Source: a virus (Duplodnaviria > Caudoviricetes). Taken from it: a stretch of DNA of 64,000 nt. The notes below the pieces were generated by a model. The model did not search any database and was not told the DNA's origin. It saw only the letters and a list, made by a program, of their open reading frames with translations. The first letter of the stretch is position 1, and each line of letters opens with the position of its first letter. Where the stretch lies: positions 26,600-90,599 of the IMG/VR virus record IMGVR_UViG_3300033145_002015. One strand, written 5' to 3'. Both the position numbers and the translations under genes were made by a program. Positions 27,571-36,695 of this stretch are shown here, piece by piece.

Positions 27571-29274
27571 CTATCGCTTCTCTTGGATGTGTTGACCCAG
27601 ATGGTCCAGCAAAATGACAGCATCCCTGAATTCTTGGTCCCCCTTGGCTTTTTCTTCCGGGGAAGTCGCTCTCGGTGCCGGTTCGTAACTACCAGCCAAA
27701 TTTGCAGCAAGCGAAGGTCCGGCCGTAGTCATAATATCTTCTGGAAGGGCCAATAGTCCCACTTTCGCCAGGCTCAGCACGATCGGCAATGGATAATCTG
27801 CCCACGGAACATCAAGGGTCTTAAGTTTCAAATCAAATTGCTTATTCGCCATTTGAATGGCATTATTCATGGACAATGCTCCGGAATTGACCAGATGCTG
27901 GAACAAAGTCGCCAGTTCATCAGACCTGATGATCTCCGGCCCTTTCGTTCTGATTTTCCAATCAGGAAAATCCCTGAAGAGAGTCCAGCTCAGAATCTCA
28001 TCTTCCATCAGGCGTTCAGGTTTGAATATCTGTTCTTCGGCAATCAACCTCGACGTTTTGGCAGAAGCAAAAGTATAAGACTCGCTGACTCCAATAAATA
28101 TCGGCGGGAGTCGAAACGCATGCCTGACAAATTCATTCGCTCGTTCAATATACGTTCTGAACATTTGATCGTCTTTGCGATATTCAATCAAAGGCTTTAA
28201 TTCGATTTTGGCCCTACTGGCCGAATCAACATCTCCCCCCAGATCTTCCGCTTCAAGGATCGCAATCTTGTTGAAATTCTCATAGCCCTTAAAACCACTG
28301 AACAAATCCTCAAGTTCGTTTATAGATTCCTCAGTCAGAACGCCTCCCCCCGAAACCATCACTACGAGCGGCGGAATCCCTTGGTTGACGAATAAATCAT
28401 AATTTACGAAATCGGCTGCTCTCACACCAAGGACATTTAGAATTTGCCCAATCCATCGCGGGATACCATACGGAGAAGTCCCACTATCAATACCGATATG
28501 AATGACTTCGGTCGCCAAGTCATTCTTTTTGATGTTTCCCCCGATTTCCCCTGTAGATGCCGAAACGGGACGGGGATCCCCAAACTCCTTAAACCATACG
28601 GCTTTGTTGGAAGATTCAGTTAGATAGGCAAATCTCCTGAACCTTTTCTTAATCTTCATCTTCATAATTTTTCCCATCCGTCTGATGGGAACGGTCACTT
28701 CAATAGGAGTTTCATCCAAGGGAGTCATACGCATATAAGCAGCCTTGACTCTATAAATCAGAACCACATCACCTTTTCGGTTGCGCACTACTTCATAGTA
28801 ACCATTTCCGGTAACTTCCAAATCTTGTCGTACATCCCGTCGAACGGATAGAAACGATTGCGATTCATTGGCCTGTTCCAGCAATTCCACTATTGGAGCT
28901 ATTGCTGCTTCCCGTTCGCTGTCACTTGGAGGATCGCCCGGAGGTTGGTAGATGAAATCGTAACCGAAACCGGGGATGTTGTCTTTCATAGCAGAGATAC
29001 ACTTGGGGAGGATCGAAGATTCCTCATAACATGAATATAGCTTCCGAAAATTGTACGGAGGAATAAGTAACTTGTGGGAAGCATATAAATTGTGATCAGC
29101 GAATGGATCTTCAATATCGGCTTTGCTTTCCAGTACTTGGGGAGCAGGATGTTGCTGCTTCATACGAAGCAGCCTTGCATCTCTTATCTTCTGTCGCAGT
29201 TCCCGAACTTTTTGAACGTGTGTCTTGCGTCGTTCATCTTCAGAAGGAACTAAGACTGTGGTTCTATTCGCCAT
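27571..29274 (-). CDS. portal protein (PBSX/HK97-like)
   Basis: PPYNFRKL..ILPKCI..GFGY, DLEVTGNGYYEVVRN, SPYGIPRW, NQGIPPLVVMVSGG, DDQMF, AFRLPPIFIG motifs. Confidence 0.88.
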   Translation of the reverse strand: MANRTTVLVPSEDERRKTHVQKVRELRQKIRDARLLRMKQQHPAPQVLESKADIEDPFADHNLYASHKLLIPPYNFRKLYSCYEESSILPKCISAMKDNIPGFGYDFIYQPPGDPPSDSEREAAIAPIVELLEQANESQSFLSVRRDVRQDLEVTGNGYYEVVRNRKGDVVLIYRVKAAYMRMTPLDETPIEVTVPIRRMGKIMKMKIKKRFRRFAYLTESSNKAVWFKEFGDPRPVSASTGEIGGNIKKNDLATEVIHIGIDSGTSPYGIPRWIGQILNVLGVRAADFVNYDLFVNQGIPPLVVMVSGGGVLTEESINELEDLFSGFKGYENFNKIAILEAEDLGGDVDSASRAKIELKPLIEYRKDDQMFRTYIERANEFVRHAFRLPPIFIGVSESYTFASAKTSRLIAEEQIFKPERLMEDEILSWTLFRDFPDWKIRTKGPEIIRSDELATLFQHLVNSGALSMNNAIQMANKQFDLKLKTLDVPWADYPLPIVLSLAKVGLLALPEDIMTTAGPSLAANLAGSYEPAPRATSPEEKAKGDQEFRDAVILLDHLGQHIQEKR

Positions 29275-29285
29275 TTCAAACTCCT

Positions 29286-31838
29286 TTACGTCTTCAATTC
29301 GATTTCTTCCATTTCAGCAAGGGTTTTTCCTATCTTGCACCCCACCATGATAGGGACAGATAACGTAATCCCAAAGTATTCTTGTAGCGGCAAGTTTGCC
29401 GCAATGCGGGGAACGACTTCTGTAACGCGATCAACATAGTCTTCATCCACCTCGAAGACAATCTCATCGTAAACAAATAATACCATCTTTGCTTTTGTTT
29501 TATCAAGATTGCCGCTACGATACACTTCTCTGGCGATCAGCAACCCAGTGTCTGAACTGGCTCCTTGGATTGGGCTATTGATCGCCTGCCTTTCTGCTAG
29601 AGATCTGACAGACGGATTGTCAGAATCGATCGTTGGTAATCTTCTGATCCTGCCGAATATACTTCTCACCTGCTTATACTTTCTTGCTTCCCCGATCCTT
29701 CGTTGATGCCATTTGGCTACCTTTGGATAAAGTGAGAAATATGTTTCCCGCCATTTGGTAGCCTCTTCAAGATCCAGCCGAATACCATAGTCTATATAAG
29801 CATGTCGCATAAACGTTTTTGGCATCATGCCATACATAAATCCGAAATTCACAGATTTGGCCGAGCGTCTATGCATAGCTTTCTGCTCGTCGGAAATAGA
29901 GTTCCATTCTTTTCCGACCAAGGCCATGGCGGTTCTAGTATGAATATCTCCTCCGGTTCGATAAATATCTAGCATCACCGGATCTTGTGATTCGTGAGCG
30001 ATGAATCTCAACTCCGACTGATCCAGATCGAATGCCGCCAATACCTTGCCTTCAGGGGCGGCATACAGTCTTCTCACAATCTTAGCCAAGGCAGATCGTT
30101 TTGGAATGTTGAACACATTTGGGTTGGAAGAAGCTGGTCTTCCCGTCACAGTCGATACCATCGAAATGGAAGAATAGATTCTTCCATCGGGCTTAATGGC
30201 TTTTTTGAGGCCATTGATGCTTCTACTGAGAAGCGTAAAACTTTCATGGTAATTCAAATATGCTTTGATGACGGCTTTCGTCTCATCATCCATCTTCGGA
30301 TGATCCATAAGAAGCATTAAATGATCCTTCTTGACCGAATGACCGTTCTTATCAGTCTTCATTTGCGGAGGAATCTTCTTATACTCAAACAAGAAGTCCC
30401 TCATGATATCACGCCTCGTCAGAACGAGACCCTTGTCTTCATGTGCCTTGATCAGTTTTTTAGGAAATCTACTAATGCAGAAATTCTGCTGCTCTTCCAA
30501 AATACGAGTCAGTTGCTCTTCCGCCATCGGAATATATTCTTGATCGATATAAATTCCATTGGCAGTCATCGGATAGATAACATCAGTCAGAATGGGCTGC
30601 AAGAATCTGGCAAAATAATTTCCAAGTCTTTGGTCTTCCAGCAGCTTTGTTCGCATTGAAATATATGCCCTTCTCGTTCCGTCACTATCCCCTGCCGCGT
30701 ATTTCGATACTTGAACAGGATCAGAACCAATCATATCGTCCTTATCAATGTGTTGCGACAACAGATCTTTGTTTCCTGCAGGGAGATCAGTAAAATCTTG
30801 AATGACTTGATCTAAAGAAGACATTCGATAGACATTCTCATCGATAACATGCGCCGCCGCCTGGCAATCCATTACATAGCCATTGATTTCAAAATCTCCC
30901 AAAAGCTGACGGAACCGAAGAAGATCGTACGTTCCATGAAACATCACCTTCTTGATGTCACTGCGGGCCAAAAATTCACGAAGCTCAGCGAGCCTCCGAT
31001 CATATTCCGGCAGATAACTGATCCCAATACGCATATTTTTTCGTCTACTTCCAGAAGACTTCCTTTGGACAGTGATCGTGAAATCACCTTCGTCGGGGGG
31101 AACCTCCCGCACCAGCCACATCACATATCCAACTCCTTTTTTCGGGCTGAAGGATACACATAATACCGGGCTATCCGGACTTGTCCAATCTGTTCCCTGC
31201 GTTTCAGTATCGACGGCGCACACAAAGTTCTTACGGTCCAATAAATGTCTGATGGACATAACTGTAGAATATGAGACAGGTGTCGGATCTTTGTGCTTAA
31301 AACCAGCTCTGTAAAAATCTCCAACAACTCTAAGCTGACTTTCAAAAGATATCCGCTTACTTGGATCATGCAGCATTGCAGCGGGATGGTATGCAGCAAA
31401 AACCGGACTGTTGAATTCTTTCGAGTGCATCCATTTTCCCACTACTGTTTTGAAGGAAGCTGAAGATGCCATAATCTGGCGAAAAGCAATCTCGCCCAAT
31501 GTGACAATGAGCTTTGGCTTAAGATTCTTGAGAATCTTTTCTACATTTGGCCTGCAGTGCTGCAGGACAGATTTGATTTCTTTCTTGGACATTTTCTTGG
31601 TGTCGATGGTACATCTTGCTGCATTGATGTAGCATATATCCCGATCAGCCATTCCAACAGACGAAACCGTCTTGCGCAGCTCTTCTCCGCTTGGTCCTTT
31701 GAAACATATACCAACTTTGTTTTCCACCGCTCCGGGGGATTCCCCCACGAACACCACAGATGCGGAAGGGCTCCCGTCATATTTGACTTCCCTGGCATCA
31801 TACAACAAGCATCCTTTGCATTTTTCTCGTTTGGCCAT
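29286..31838 (-). CDS. polA: family A DNA polymerase with N-terminal family-4 UDG-like domain and 3'-5' exonuclease (SPO1-type architecture)
   Basis: UDG: CKGC, VGESPG, YHPAAML; exonuclease VDTET; motif A DLDQSELRF, motif B RSAKSVNFGFMYG, motif C FVYDEIV. Confidence 0.92.
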   Translation of the reverse strand: MAKREKCKGCLLYDAREVKYDGSPSASVVFVGESPGAVENKVGICFKGPSGEELRKTVSSVGMADRDICYINAARCTIDTKKMSKKEIKSVLQHCRPNVEKILKNLKPKLIVTLGEIAFRQIMASSASFKTVVGKWMHSKEFNSPVFAAYHPAAMLHDPSKRISFESQLRVVGDFYRAGFKHKDPTPVSYSTVMSIRHLLDRKNFVCAVDTETQGTDWTSPDSPVLCVSFSPKKGVGYVMWLVREVPPDEGDFTITVQRKSSGSRRKNMRIGISYLPEYDRRLAELREFLARSDIKKVMFHGTYDLLRFRQLLGDFEINGYVMDCQAAAHVIDENVYRMSSLDQVIQDFTDLPAGNKDLLSQHIDKDDMIGSDPVQVSKYAAGDSDGTRRAYISMRTKLLEDQRLGNYFARFLQPILTDVIYPMTANGIYIDQEYIPMAEEQLTRILEEQQNFCISRFPKKLIKAHEDKGLVLTRRDIMRDFLFEYKKIPPQMKTDKNGHSVKKDHLMLLMDHPKMDDETKAVIKAYLNYHESFTLLSRSINGLKKAIKPDGRIYSSISMVSTVTGRPASSNPNVFNIPKRSALAKIVRRLYAAPEGKVLAAFDLDQSELRFIAHESQDPVMLDIYRTGGDIHTRTAMALVGKEWNSISDEQKAMHRRSAKSVNFGFMYGMMPKTFMRHAYIDYGIRLDLEEATKWRETYFSLYPKVAKWHQRRIGEARKYKQVRSIFGRIRRLPTIDSDNPSVRSLAERQAINSPIQGASSDTGLLIAREVYRSGNLDKTKAKMVLFVYDEIVFEVDEDYVDRVTEVVPRIAANLPLQEYFGITLSVPIMVGCKIGKTLAEMEEIELKT

Positions 31839-31867
31839 ATCACCACCCCCGTCTTAAATGATGTTAC

Positions 31868-31896
31868 ACTTTACATGAATAGCTTATAAAAGTCAA
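31868..31896 (-). promoter_or_regulatory. sigma70-like promoter for the polymerase-portal unit
   Basis: TTGACT-N17-TAAAGT preceded by GATTTTTC. Confidence 0.7.
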
Positions 31897-31912
31897 GAAA
31901 AATCCGACGAGG

Positions 31913-31926
31913 CGCAATCGATTGCG
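31913..31926. repeat. dispersed palindrome copy 6 (CGCAATCGATTGCG)
   Basis: intergenic perfect 18-bp palindrome at 31911-31928, between terminator and promoter. Confidence 0.9.
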
Positions 31927-31930
31927 CCCC

Positions 31931-32006
31931 AAAAAAGTGCCGTGGCGCTAAAGTCTTTGGCAGTCAGGGGGCTGCTTCTTGCCAATAGACCTTCTCACCA
32001 CGGCAC
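31931..32006 (-). terminator. long-stem intrinsic terminator ending the late operon
   Basis: GTGCCGTGG/CCACGGCAC outer stem, inner stems AAGGTC/GACTTT and TTGGCA/TGCCAA, followed by T6. Confidence 0.65.
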
Positions 32007-32028
32007 GCGGGGAGAAACTTGAAAAGCG

Positions 32029-32190
32029 TTATTTGCTTTCAGTATAGCTGAAGAGCTTGTCCAACAGACTCATAATAAATTCATCCACTTCGCTGTCGGG
32101 GTTGTCCACTGCTTGCTTCACCAGATCACGCAGTACTTTTGCATAAAGCAAACAAAGAATGTCGTACAGATCTTGGTATAGCATGGCCAT
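32029..32190 (-). CDS. small hypothetical protein
   Basis: ATG 32190 with GGAGG SD; AVDNPDSEVDEF motif. Confidence 0.55.
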   Translation of the reverse strand: MAMLYQDLYDILCLLYAKVLRDLVKQAVDNPDSEVDEFIMSLLDKLFSYTESK

Positions 32191-32275
32191 TCCTCCTTCC
32201 TTTTCTAAAGCGTCTTTCAGCTTTAGATACGTCGATAAGATTTTCCACAGATCCCATGGATTTAACATTCGCCAG

Positions 32276-32629
32276 TCACCTGAATTCGAGCCCCCTCCAA
32301 TGTCGCTTTTCCAGGCGCTTTGTTGCGCCAAACTTCTGTTCAATGCTTCTGGCCAATGCTTCTGCGTTTACAGTCTCCCCGCAGGTGAAGACATCCAGGG
32401 CGGCAAATCTGAATTCGGGCCATGTATGAACGGCGAGGTGCGACTCTGCCACCAAAACTAAACATGTGACTCCATGAGGATCGAATTGCTTGGTTTGCAC
32501 TCCCAAAACGGTGCAGCCCCAATTTTTGGCTTCGGAAACCAGCAATTCTTCAAGCAGCTCCGAATCGTTGAGAATAGATTCATTGCACTCGAACAGATCA
32601 ATCAGAATATGTTTTCCTACGCCGTTCAT
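32276..32629 (-). CDS. speD: S-adenosylmethionine decarboxylase proenzyme (class 1B)
   Basis: GKHILIDLFEC, FDPHGVTCLVLVAESHLAVHTWPE (E-S self-cleavage site), DVFTCG. Confidence 0.95.
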   Translation of the reverse strand: MNGVGKHILIDLFECNESILNDSELLEELLVSEAKNWGCTVLGVQTKQFDPHGVTCLVLVAESHLAVHTWPEFRFAALDVFTCGETVNAEALARSIEQKFGATKRLEKRHWRGLEFR

Positions 32630-32755
32630 AAATCCAAGCCCGTATTCGTTTCCACCATCGAATCAATTTACATAAATCAATTCTAACTCCAAAACTGGAT
32701 TTTGGGGGCCGATTCCCGGCTCCAGAATCGAATTCAGATATCTGCTTGTAATCCA

Positions 32756-32959
32756 TTACATTGAATCTTCATCGATTTCGGAATCGTCACCATATAGCGC
32801 TACCCGCATTTTTTGTAGATAACCCACAATCGTCGTCCATTCCGAATCAGAAAGCCGATGCTGCTTCCATGCAGTAAAACAGACATAGAAGATTGCCATC
32901 AATCCATTTCCTATGACATCCACTAGATCTCTCTGTGAAGCCATCGCCAAACATATCAT
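32756..32959 (-). CDS. hypothetical protein
   Basis: 67-aa ORF in the late operon. Confidence 0.45.
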   Translation of the reverse strand: MICLAMASQRDLVDVIGNGLMAIFYVCFTAWKQHRLSDSEWTTIVGYLQKMRVALYGDDSEIDEDSM

Positions 32960-33024
32960 ACCTTAAGCAATGCAGTAATATCTGTGAAAATATCGTCCAA
33001 GATATCTACTTGGATTTCGATTTT

Positions 33025-33507
33025 TTAAACATTTCCGTATAGTTTAGACCACATCTGATCTACACGAGCCTCAAGCCCATTTATCTTAGCTGATTTATCC
33101 CGCACTGCGTCAAGTCGATCTGCCAATCTTGACACTTCTTTCACGAGCTGCGGGAGAGCCTCAAGTTGTGGATAGTATCGTGCAATCGCTTGTTCCCGCT
33201 TTTCGTCCATAATAGTCAACATTTTTTTCATGTCATCCAGCGATCTGCACATGATACTCTGACACCGTTCCTGTTCACGTTCAAATTGTTTAATGGTCAT
33301 GAGTTGCAGTACCCCTTGGCGGTCAAACAGCACGTGCTTGACCCCTTCCAGATCGTTCATCATATTCTGCATGTCCTTGGTGATGTCCTGCCGGAGCTGT
33401 TCAAGCGATGCATGCAGATAGCGGATCGCCAGCTTTGTGGACGCAAAAAATGCGCCGGCGAGGAATACCACCAGGGCTACATAATGTATCCAATTAAGGT
33501 GCTCCAT
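33025..33507 (-). CDS. membrane-anchored coiled-coil protein (possible lysis-related role)
   Basis: single N-terminal TM helix (WIHYVALVVFLAGAFFAS) followed by coiled coil. Confidence 0.55.
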   Translation of the reverse strand: MEHLNWIHYVALVVFLAGAFFASTKLAIRYLHASLEQLRQDITKDMQNMMNDLEGVKHVLFDRQGVLQLMTIKQFEREQERCQSIMCRSLDDMKKMLTIMDEKREQAIARYYPQLEALPQLVKEVSRLADRLDAVRDKSAKINGLEARVDQMWSKLYGNV

Positions 33508-33727
33508 TATTGATGCCTTTGTTGTTTGCGGACAGCATCGCTTCCAGCTCCGAAATCCGCTCGGACATTCGCTTGTTCTGCTTCAGCAGTTGGATGTAGC
33601 ATCGTTCGGCGTTGGCTTTTTCTATCAATGCTTTGCCCAGCTCGAAAATGATATCATTTACTGTATAGAGCATTGGTATCTTTGGCTGGACGTTAGCGGT
33701 TTCCTGTTGTGTCATGACATTCTCCAA
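33494..33727 (-). CDS. small coiled-coil protein
   Basis: 77-aa ORF in the operon. Confidence 0.5.
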   Translation of the reverse strand: MENVMTQQETANVQPKIPMLYTVNDIIFELGKALIEKANAERCYIQLLKQNKRMSERISELEAMLSANNKGINNGAP

Positions 33728-33730
33728 TTT

Positions 33731-34126
33731 TTAGTTCATAGCTATATAAAAATTATGCACCGCCACCGCCCCACTTAAAGCGCCCGCACCGTAAAGCAGG
33801 ATCTGGCGCAGTTTGGGGGGTACGAAGTCCGCCAATACCAGCATGATCGCCGCTGTTCCTACACCCCAAGCCGCCAGTTCAAGGTCGCTTGGATGCTCGC
33901 CCAGGAACGGGTTTACCTCCCTTGCCCCGTGCTCCAGGGCATAGTGCGTCGAGATCATATCCGCCGCTCGTCCCGCCAGCATCACGCCGGCTGCTATCTT
34001 ATCCTGCTTGGTCCATTCGTACCTGTGCAGGGTGGAGCAGCCGATCACCTGCAGGATCGCCGCCCCCAACATCAAGGTGATGCCGAGCGTTAGGCAACGT
34101 TTTTGGAATGGGCTCTTTTTGTGCAT
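33731..34126 (-). CDS. putative lipoprotein/membrane protein
   Basis: basic N-terminus, hydrophobic stretch, VIGC lipobox-like Cys, GAREVNPFLG motif, further TM helices. Confidence 0.55.
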   Translation of the reverse strand: MHKKSPFQKRCLTLGITLMLGAAILQVIGCSTLHRYEWTKQDKIAAGVMLAGRAADMISTHYALEHGAREVNPFLGEHPSDLELAAWGVGTAAIMLVLADFVPPKLRQILLYGAGALSGAVAVHNFYIAMN

Positions 34127-34137
34127 GTTTTCTGTCC

Positions 34138-35385
34138 TTATATCGGCTCCGCGCGGCCGCGGCCGCCGATAGTCGAAGCCACGGACCAGCGATACATAGT
34201 CGCATTCCGCGCGCGCGACCCGGAAGACGCCCCGCTATTCCATACCGCGCCCGCCCGGAGCTTAACATCACCGTAGGTGCCTTGCTTGTACAGCGAGCCC
34301 TTAGTCCCAGGAAGATTGTACTCGCCGCAGGACGGAGCTGGATCCACGTTCGTCGGATCATACGGGTCGCCGTGGTTATGCTCGCCGCCGTCATAACGAT
34401 ACGATTGATCTCTCAGCCACTGCCACATCACGCCACAGCAGTCCTCGCACCCGATATTGGAGATCATCCTCCTTCCGGCGGTATCCACATGGCCGCCGGT
34501 GGTGACGGGATCAACGCTGCCCTGGATGTTTGTCTCCTCGTTGGAGCCTGCAGCGATGATTTGAAATTCAGGATCAGAAAGTAGCTGTTTCTTGACTTCC
34601 GCAAAATCGTCTACAAAATCCATCCAGTTACGGCTGTCGCTGATAGTACCGCCATGGGCTGATGCTGTACTTGCTCCCGTGCCGCTAGCCAAGTAAATGT
34701 CCACCCAAATGTTAGCCTTCTCGCTATAGACCATCCCCTCAGGACTGCATCTGGGACGATGTTTCAGATCCCAAATCGAAGCGGGCAAAATATCATTGGC
34801 GTAATAATTGGCTAGGTCGTGCTCTCTACACGTCCAGGTCACAGTACCATCATCTACGGTATCTCCTGGTGTGGTAGGCCATGTTGGCTCAGAGGCTCCC
34901 GAAGTCCCCGCTACAGTGACTTCGTACCAGTACCCATTGTCGGTCGTAGGAGCCCGGAAATCGCCCAGGCTGTATGCAGTCGATGCAGCCCAATCCGAGG
35001 GGTCGGCATCTGCGCAAAGAGTGTGAAAGCCTCCAATCTTGCGGGAATTATCCGCCGTGAAGCCTGATGGATAGGTGCTGTTCAATGAAATTTTGAATAC
35101 CAAGCTTCCATTATCGTCACAGGCATAGACATAGTAGTCTTTGCCATTAGCTACTGTGCCGGTATCAAGGTCGGTAGCCGTGCTGACATTTGTATCCGTG
35201 TCTATGAGAAACCAACTATCACCGATGCGGAGCGGAATAATGTCTGAGCCTTTTACCACCACCTTATCATGGTCAGTTGCATGGGCTTCTAGGATCCGAT
35301 CTAACTTATTGAGATAAAAATTAGAAAGAACCGCCGCCGCGATCATGTTATCACTTTCGTCCTTTGTGACTTTTCGATTAGCCAT
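34138..35385 (-). CDS. Mtd-like receptor-binding protein with C-type lectin (FGE-like) fold; candidate DGR target
   Basis: IWDLKHRP, GMVY..NIWVDIYL, GCEDCCGVMWQW and C-terminal AG..WNSG..SGSRARN....W......IGGRG; internal CBM5/12-like WAASTAYSLGD...DGTVTW. Confidence 0.8.
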   Translation of the reverse strand: MANRKVTKDESDNMIAAAVLSNFYLNKLDRILEAHATDHDKVVVKGSDIIPLRIGDSWFLIDTDTNVSTATDLDTGTVANGKDYYVYACDDNGSLVFKISLNSTYPSGFTADNSRKIGGFHTLCADADPSDWAASTAYSLGDFRAPTTDNGYWYEVTVAGTSGASEPTWPTTPGDTVDDGTVTWTCREHDLANYYANDILPASIWDLKHRPRCSPEGMVYSEKANIWVDIYLASGTGASTASAHGGTISDSRNWMDFVDDFAEVKKQLLSDPEFQIIAAGSNEETNIQGSVDPVTTGGHVDTAGRRMISNIGCEDCCGVMWQWLRDQSYRYDGGEHNHGDPYDPTNVDPAPSCGEYNLPGTKGSLYKQGTYGDVKLRAGAVWNSGASSGSRARNATMYRWSVASTIGGRGRAEPI

Positions 35386-35668
35386 TCTGCTTCACCACCT
35401 TTCTGTGTTTTGCAATCAGGGCAGCTATTTCGTTGCGATTTTTGAACCCCTTGCTTTTCCACAGTGGCATGGGATTGTCAATCTCTTCTGTGACTAGGTC
35501 TTTTGTCTCCTCAGATCCAGAGATGACCCTTTTGACTCTGTCATCTTTAATACCAGAAAGCCTTTCCAAATCTTTAAGAGCCTGCGCTTTGAATTCTTTT
35601 ATACTGAGCAGATTCTCAAAGTCTTGTTTGGTCGCGATATGCTTAGGATATCCTCTCATGATACTCAC
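35378..35668 (-). CDS. putative tail fibre accessory/chaperone protein
   Basis: MRGYPKHIATKQDF motif; coupled to the Mtd-like gene. Confidence 0.5.
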   Translation of the reverse strand: MSIMRGYPKHIATKQDFENLLSIKEFKAQALKDLERLSGIKDDRVKRVISGSEETKDLVTEEIDNPMPLWKSKGFKNRNEIAALIAKHRKVVKQNG

Positions 35669-35672
35669 TCCT

Positions 35673-36638
35673 TTACGTCGTATATGTCGGATACGCCTTG
35701 ATGTAGTAATAATTACCGGACGCTTCGTCCTTCACCTTCAGCACTTTGGGTGCACCGGATAGCGTGGCATCGTCTTCAAGGGCCGCAACACCGAGCTCTC
35801 CTACGTTAGTTAGGTTTTTGCCTCCTAAATCGGTATGTTGTTTAGCGCCTGAATATGGGACAAAAATGTCCTGGAAAATCTCGCTGCTGGCGGGGATCTC
35901 CCACCTGCTTGATGTATCTCCTTGGTAATAGACACGGACGGTAGGAGCGTTCCCGCCGCCGGAAACGTCGGCATACAGCTTCCCTACTATCCTGCTGGTC
36001 GCTTCCGGAAGGTAGTCCTCGTCGAGCTGCAAAGGAACCATGTAGGTCGCCTTGGAAGTTATTTCATTTGAATTGGAACTGGTGGCGATGACAAATTCGG
36101 AAGTATCGGCCTTCCGCTCGATCAGCTCCCAGTAAACCCTGAGTGTCTTACCGCCGACCGTCTTTTCAAGAGCAACATACCAATCATAGACACCTTTGAG
36201 TAGCTTAGCGGGAGCCTGCCCCGAAGCGGAGATCCAGCCGCCGATATAATCATCGTCCGAGAGACTGGCCTTCTCTATGTATGTTTCACCGTCTGAAGAT
36301 GGAGTTAGGTAGCAAGTCTTGTATCCAGTGGCATCATCTTCATCGTACATATAATATGATGCGCCGAGCGATGTGACCGCCAGGTCCACATACTCCTTGT
36401 TGACGAGGCTCTTAATATCAACGGCGCCGTTTGGAGTAGTTTCCAATACACCCGAATCTGTAATATCAATGCTCGTAACCGTGGGAGAATCGGTAAATTC
36501 AATTCCATTTTCCGTATTATTTACTACTGGAATGTCTCCGGCTTTTCCGCTGTAGGCCGAAGGAGTATCGGTAAGTTCTAAGAAAGTATCAATTTTGCCC
36601 CGGGTTAATGAAATGCTTTTGCTGACAGGAATACGCAT
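35673..36638 (-). CDS. tail fibre-like structural protein
   Basis: FLELTDTPSAYSGKAG..VNNTENGIEF motif common in phage fibre proteins. Confidence 0.55.
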   Translation of the reverse strand: MRIPVSKSISLTRGKIDTFLELTDTPSAYSGKAGDIPVVNNTENGIEFTDSPTVTSIDITDSGVLETTPNGAVDIKSLVNKEYVDLAVTSLGASYYMYDEDDATGYKTCYLTPSSDGETYIEKASLSDDDYIGGWISASGQAPAKLLKGVYDWYVALEKTVGGKTLRVYWELIERKADTSEFVIATSSNSNEITSKATYMVPLQLDEDYLPEATSRIVGKLYADVSGGGNAPTVRVYYQGDTSSRWEIPASSEIFQDIFVPYSGAKQHTDLGGKNLTNVGELGVAALEDDATLSGAPKVLKVKDEASGNYYYIKAYPTYTT

Positions 36639-36695
36639 AGTCGTGTACCTCCAGCCACGTCAGACACTACTTTTGGATAGTGGTCTCCGCCGACG

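Noticed and set aside
31946-31990. SRP (4.5S) RNA because of the GAAGCAGC and TCAGG segments
   Set aside because: The segments are on the wrong strands and in the wrong order, and the GNRA tetraloop helix is absent.
32630-32755. SAM-I-variant/spermidine riboswitch upstream of speD
   Set aside because: Short hairpins are present, but I could not find the SAM-I core consensus.
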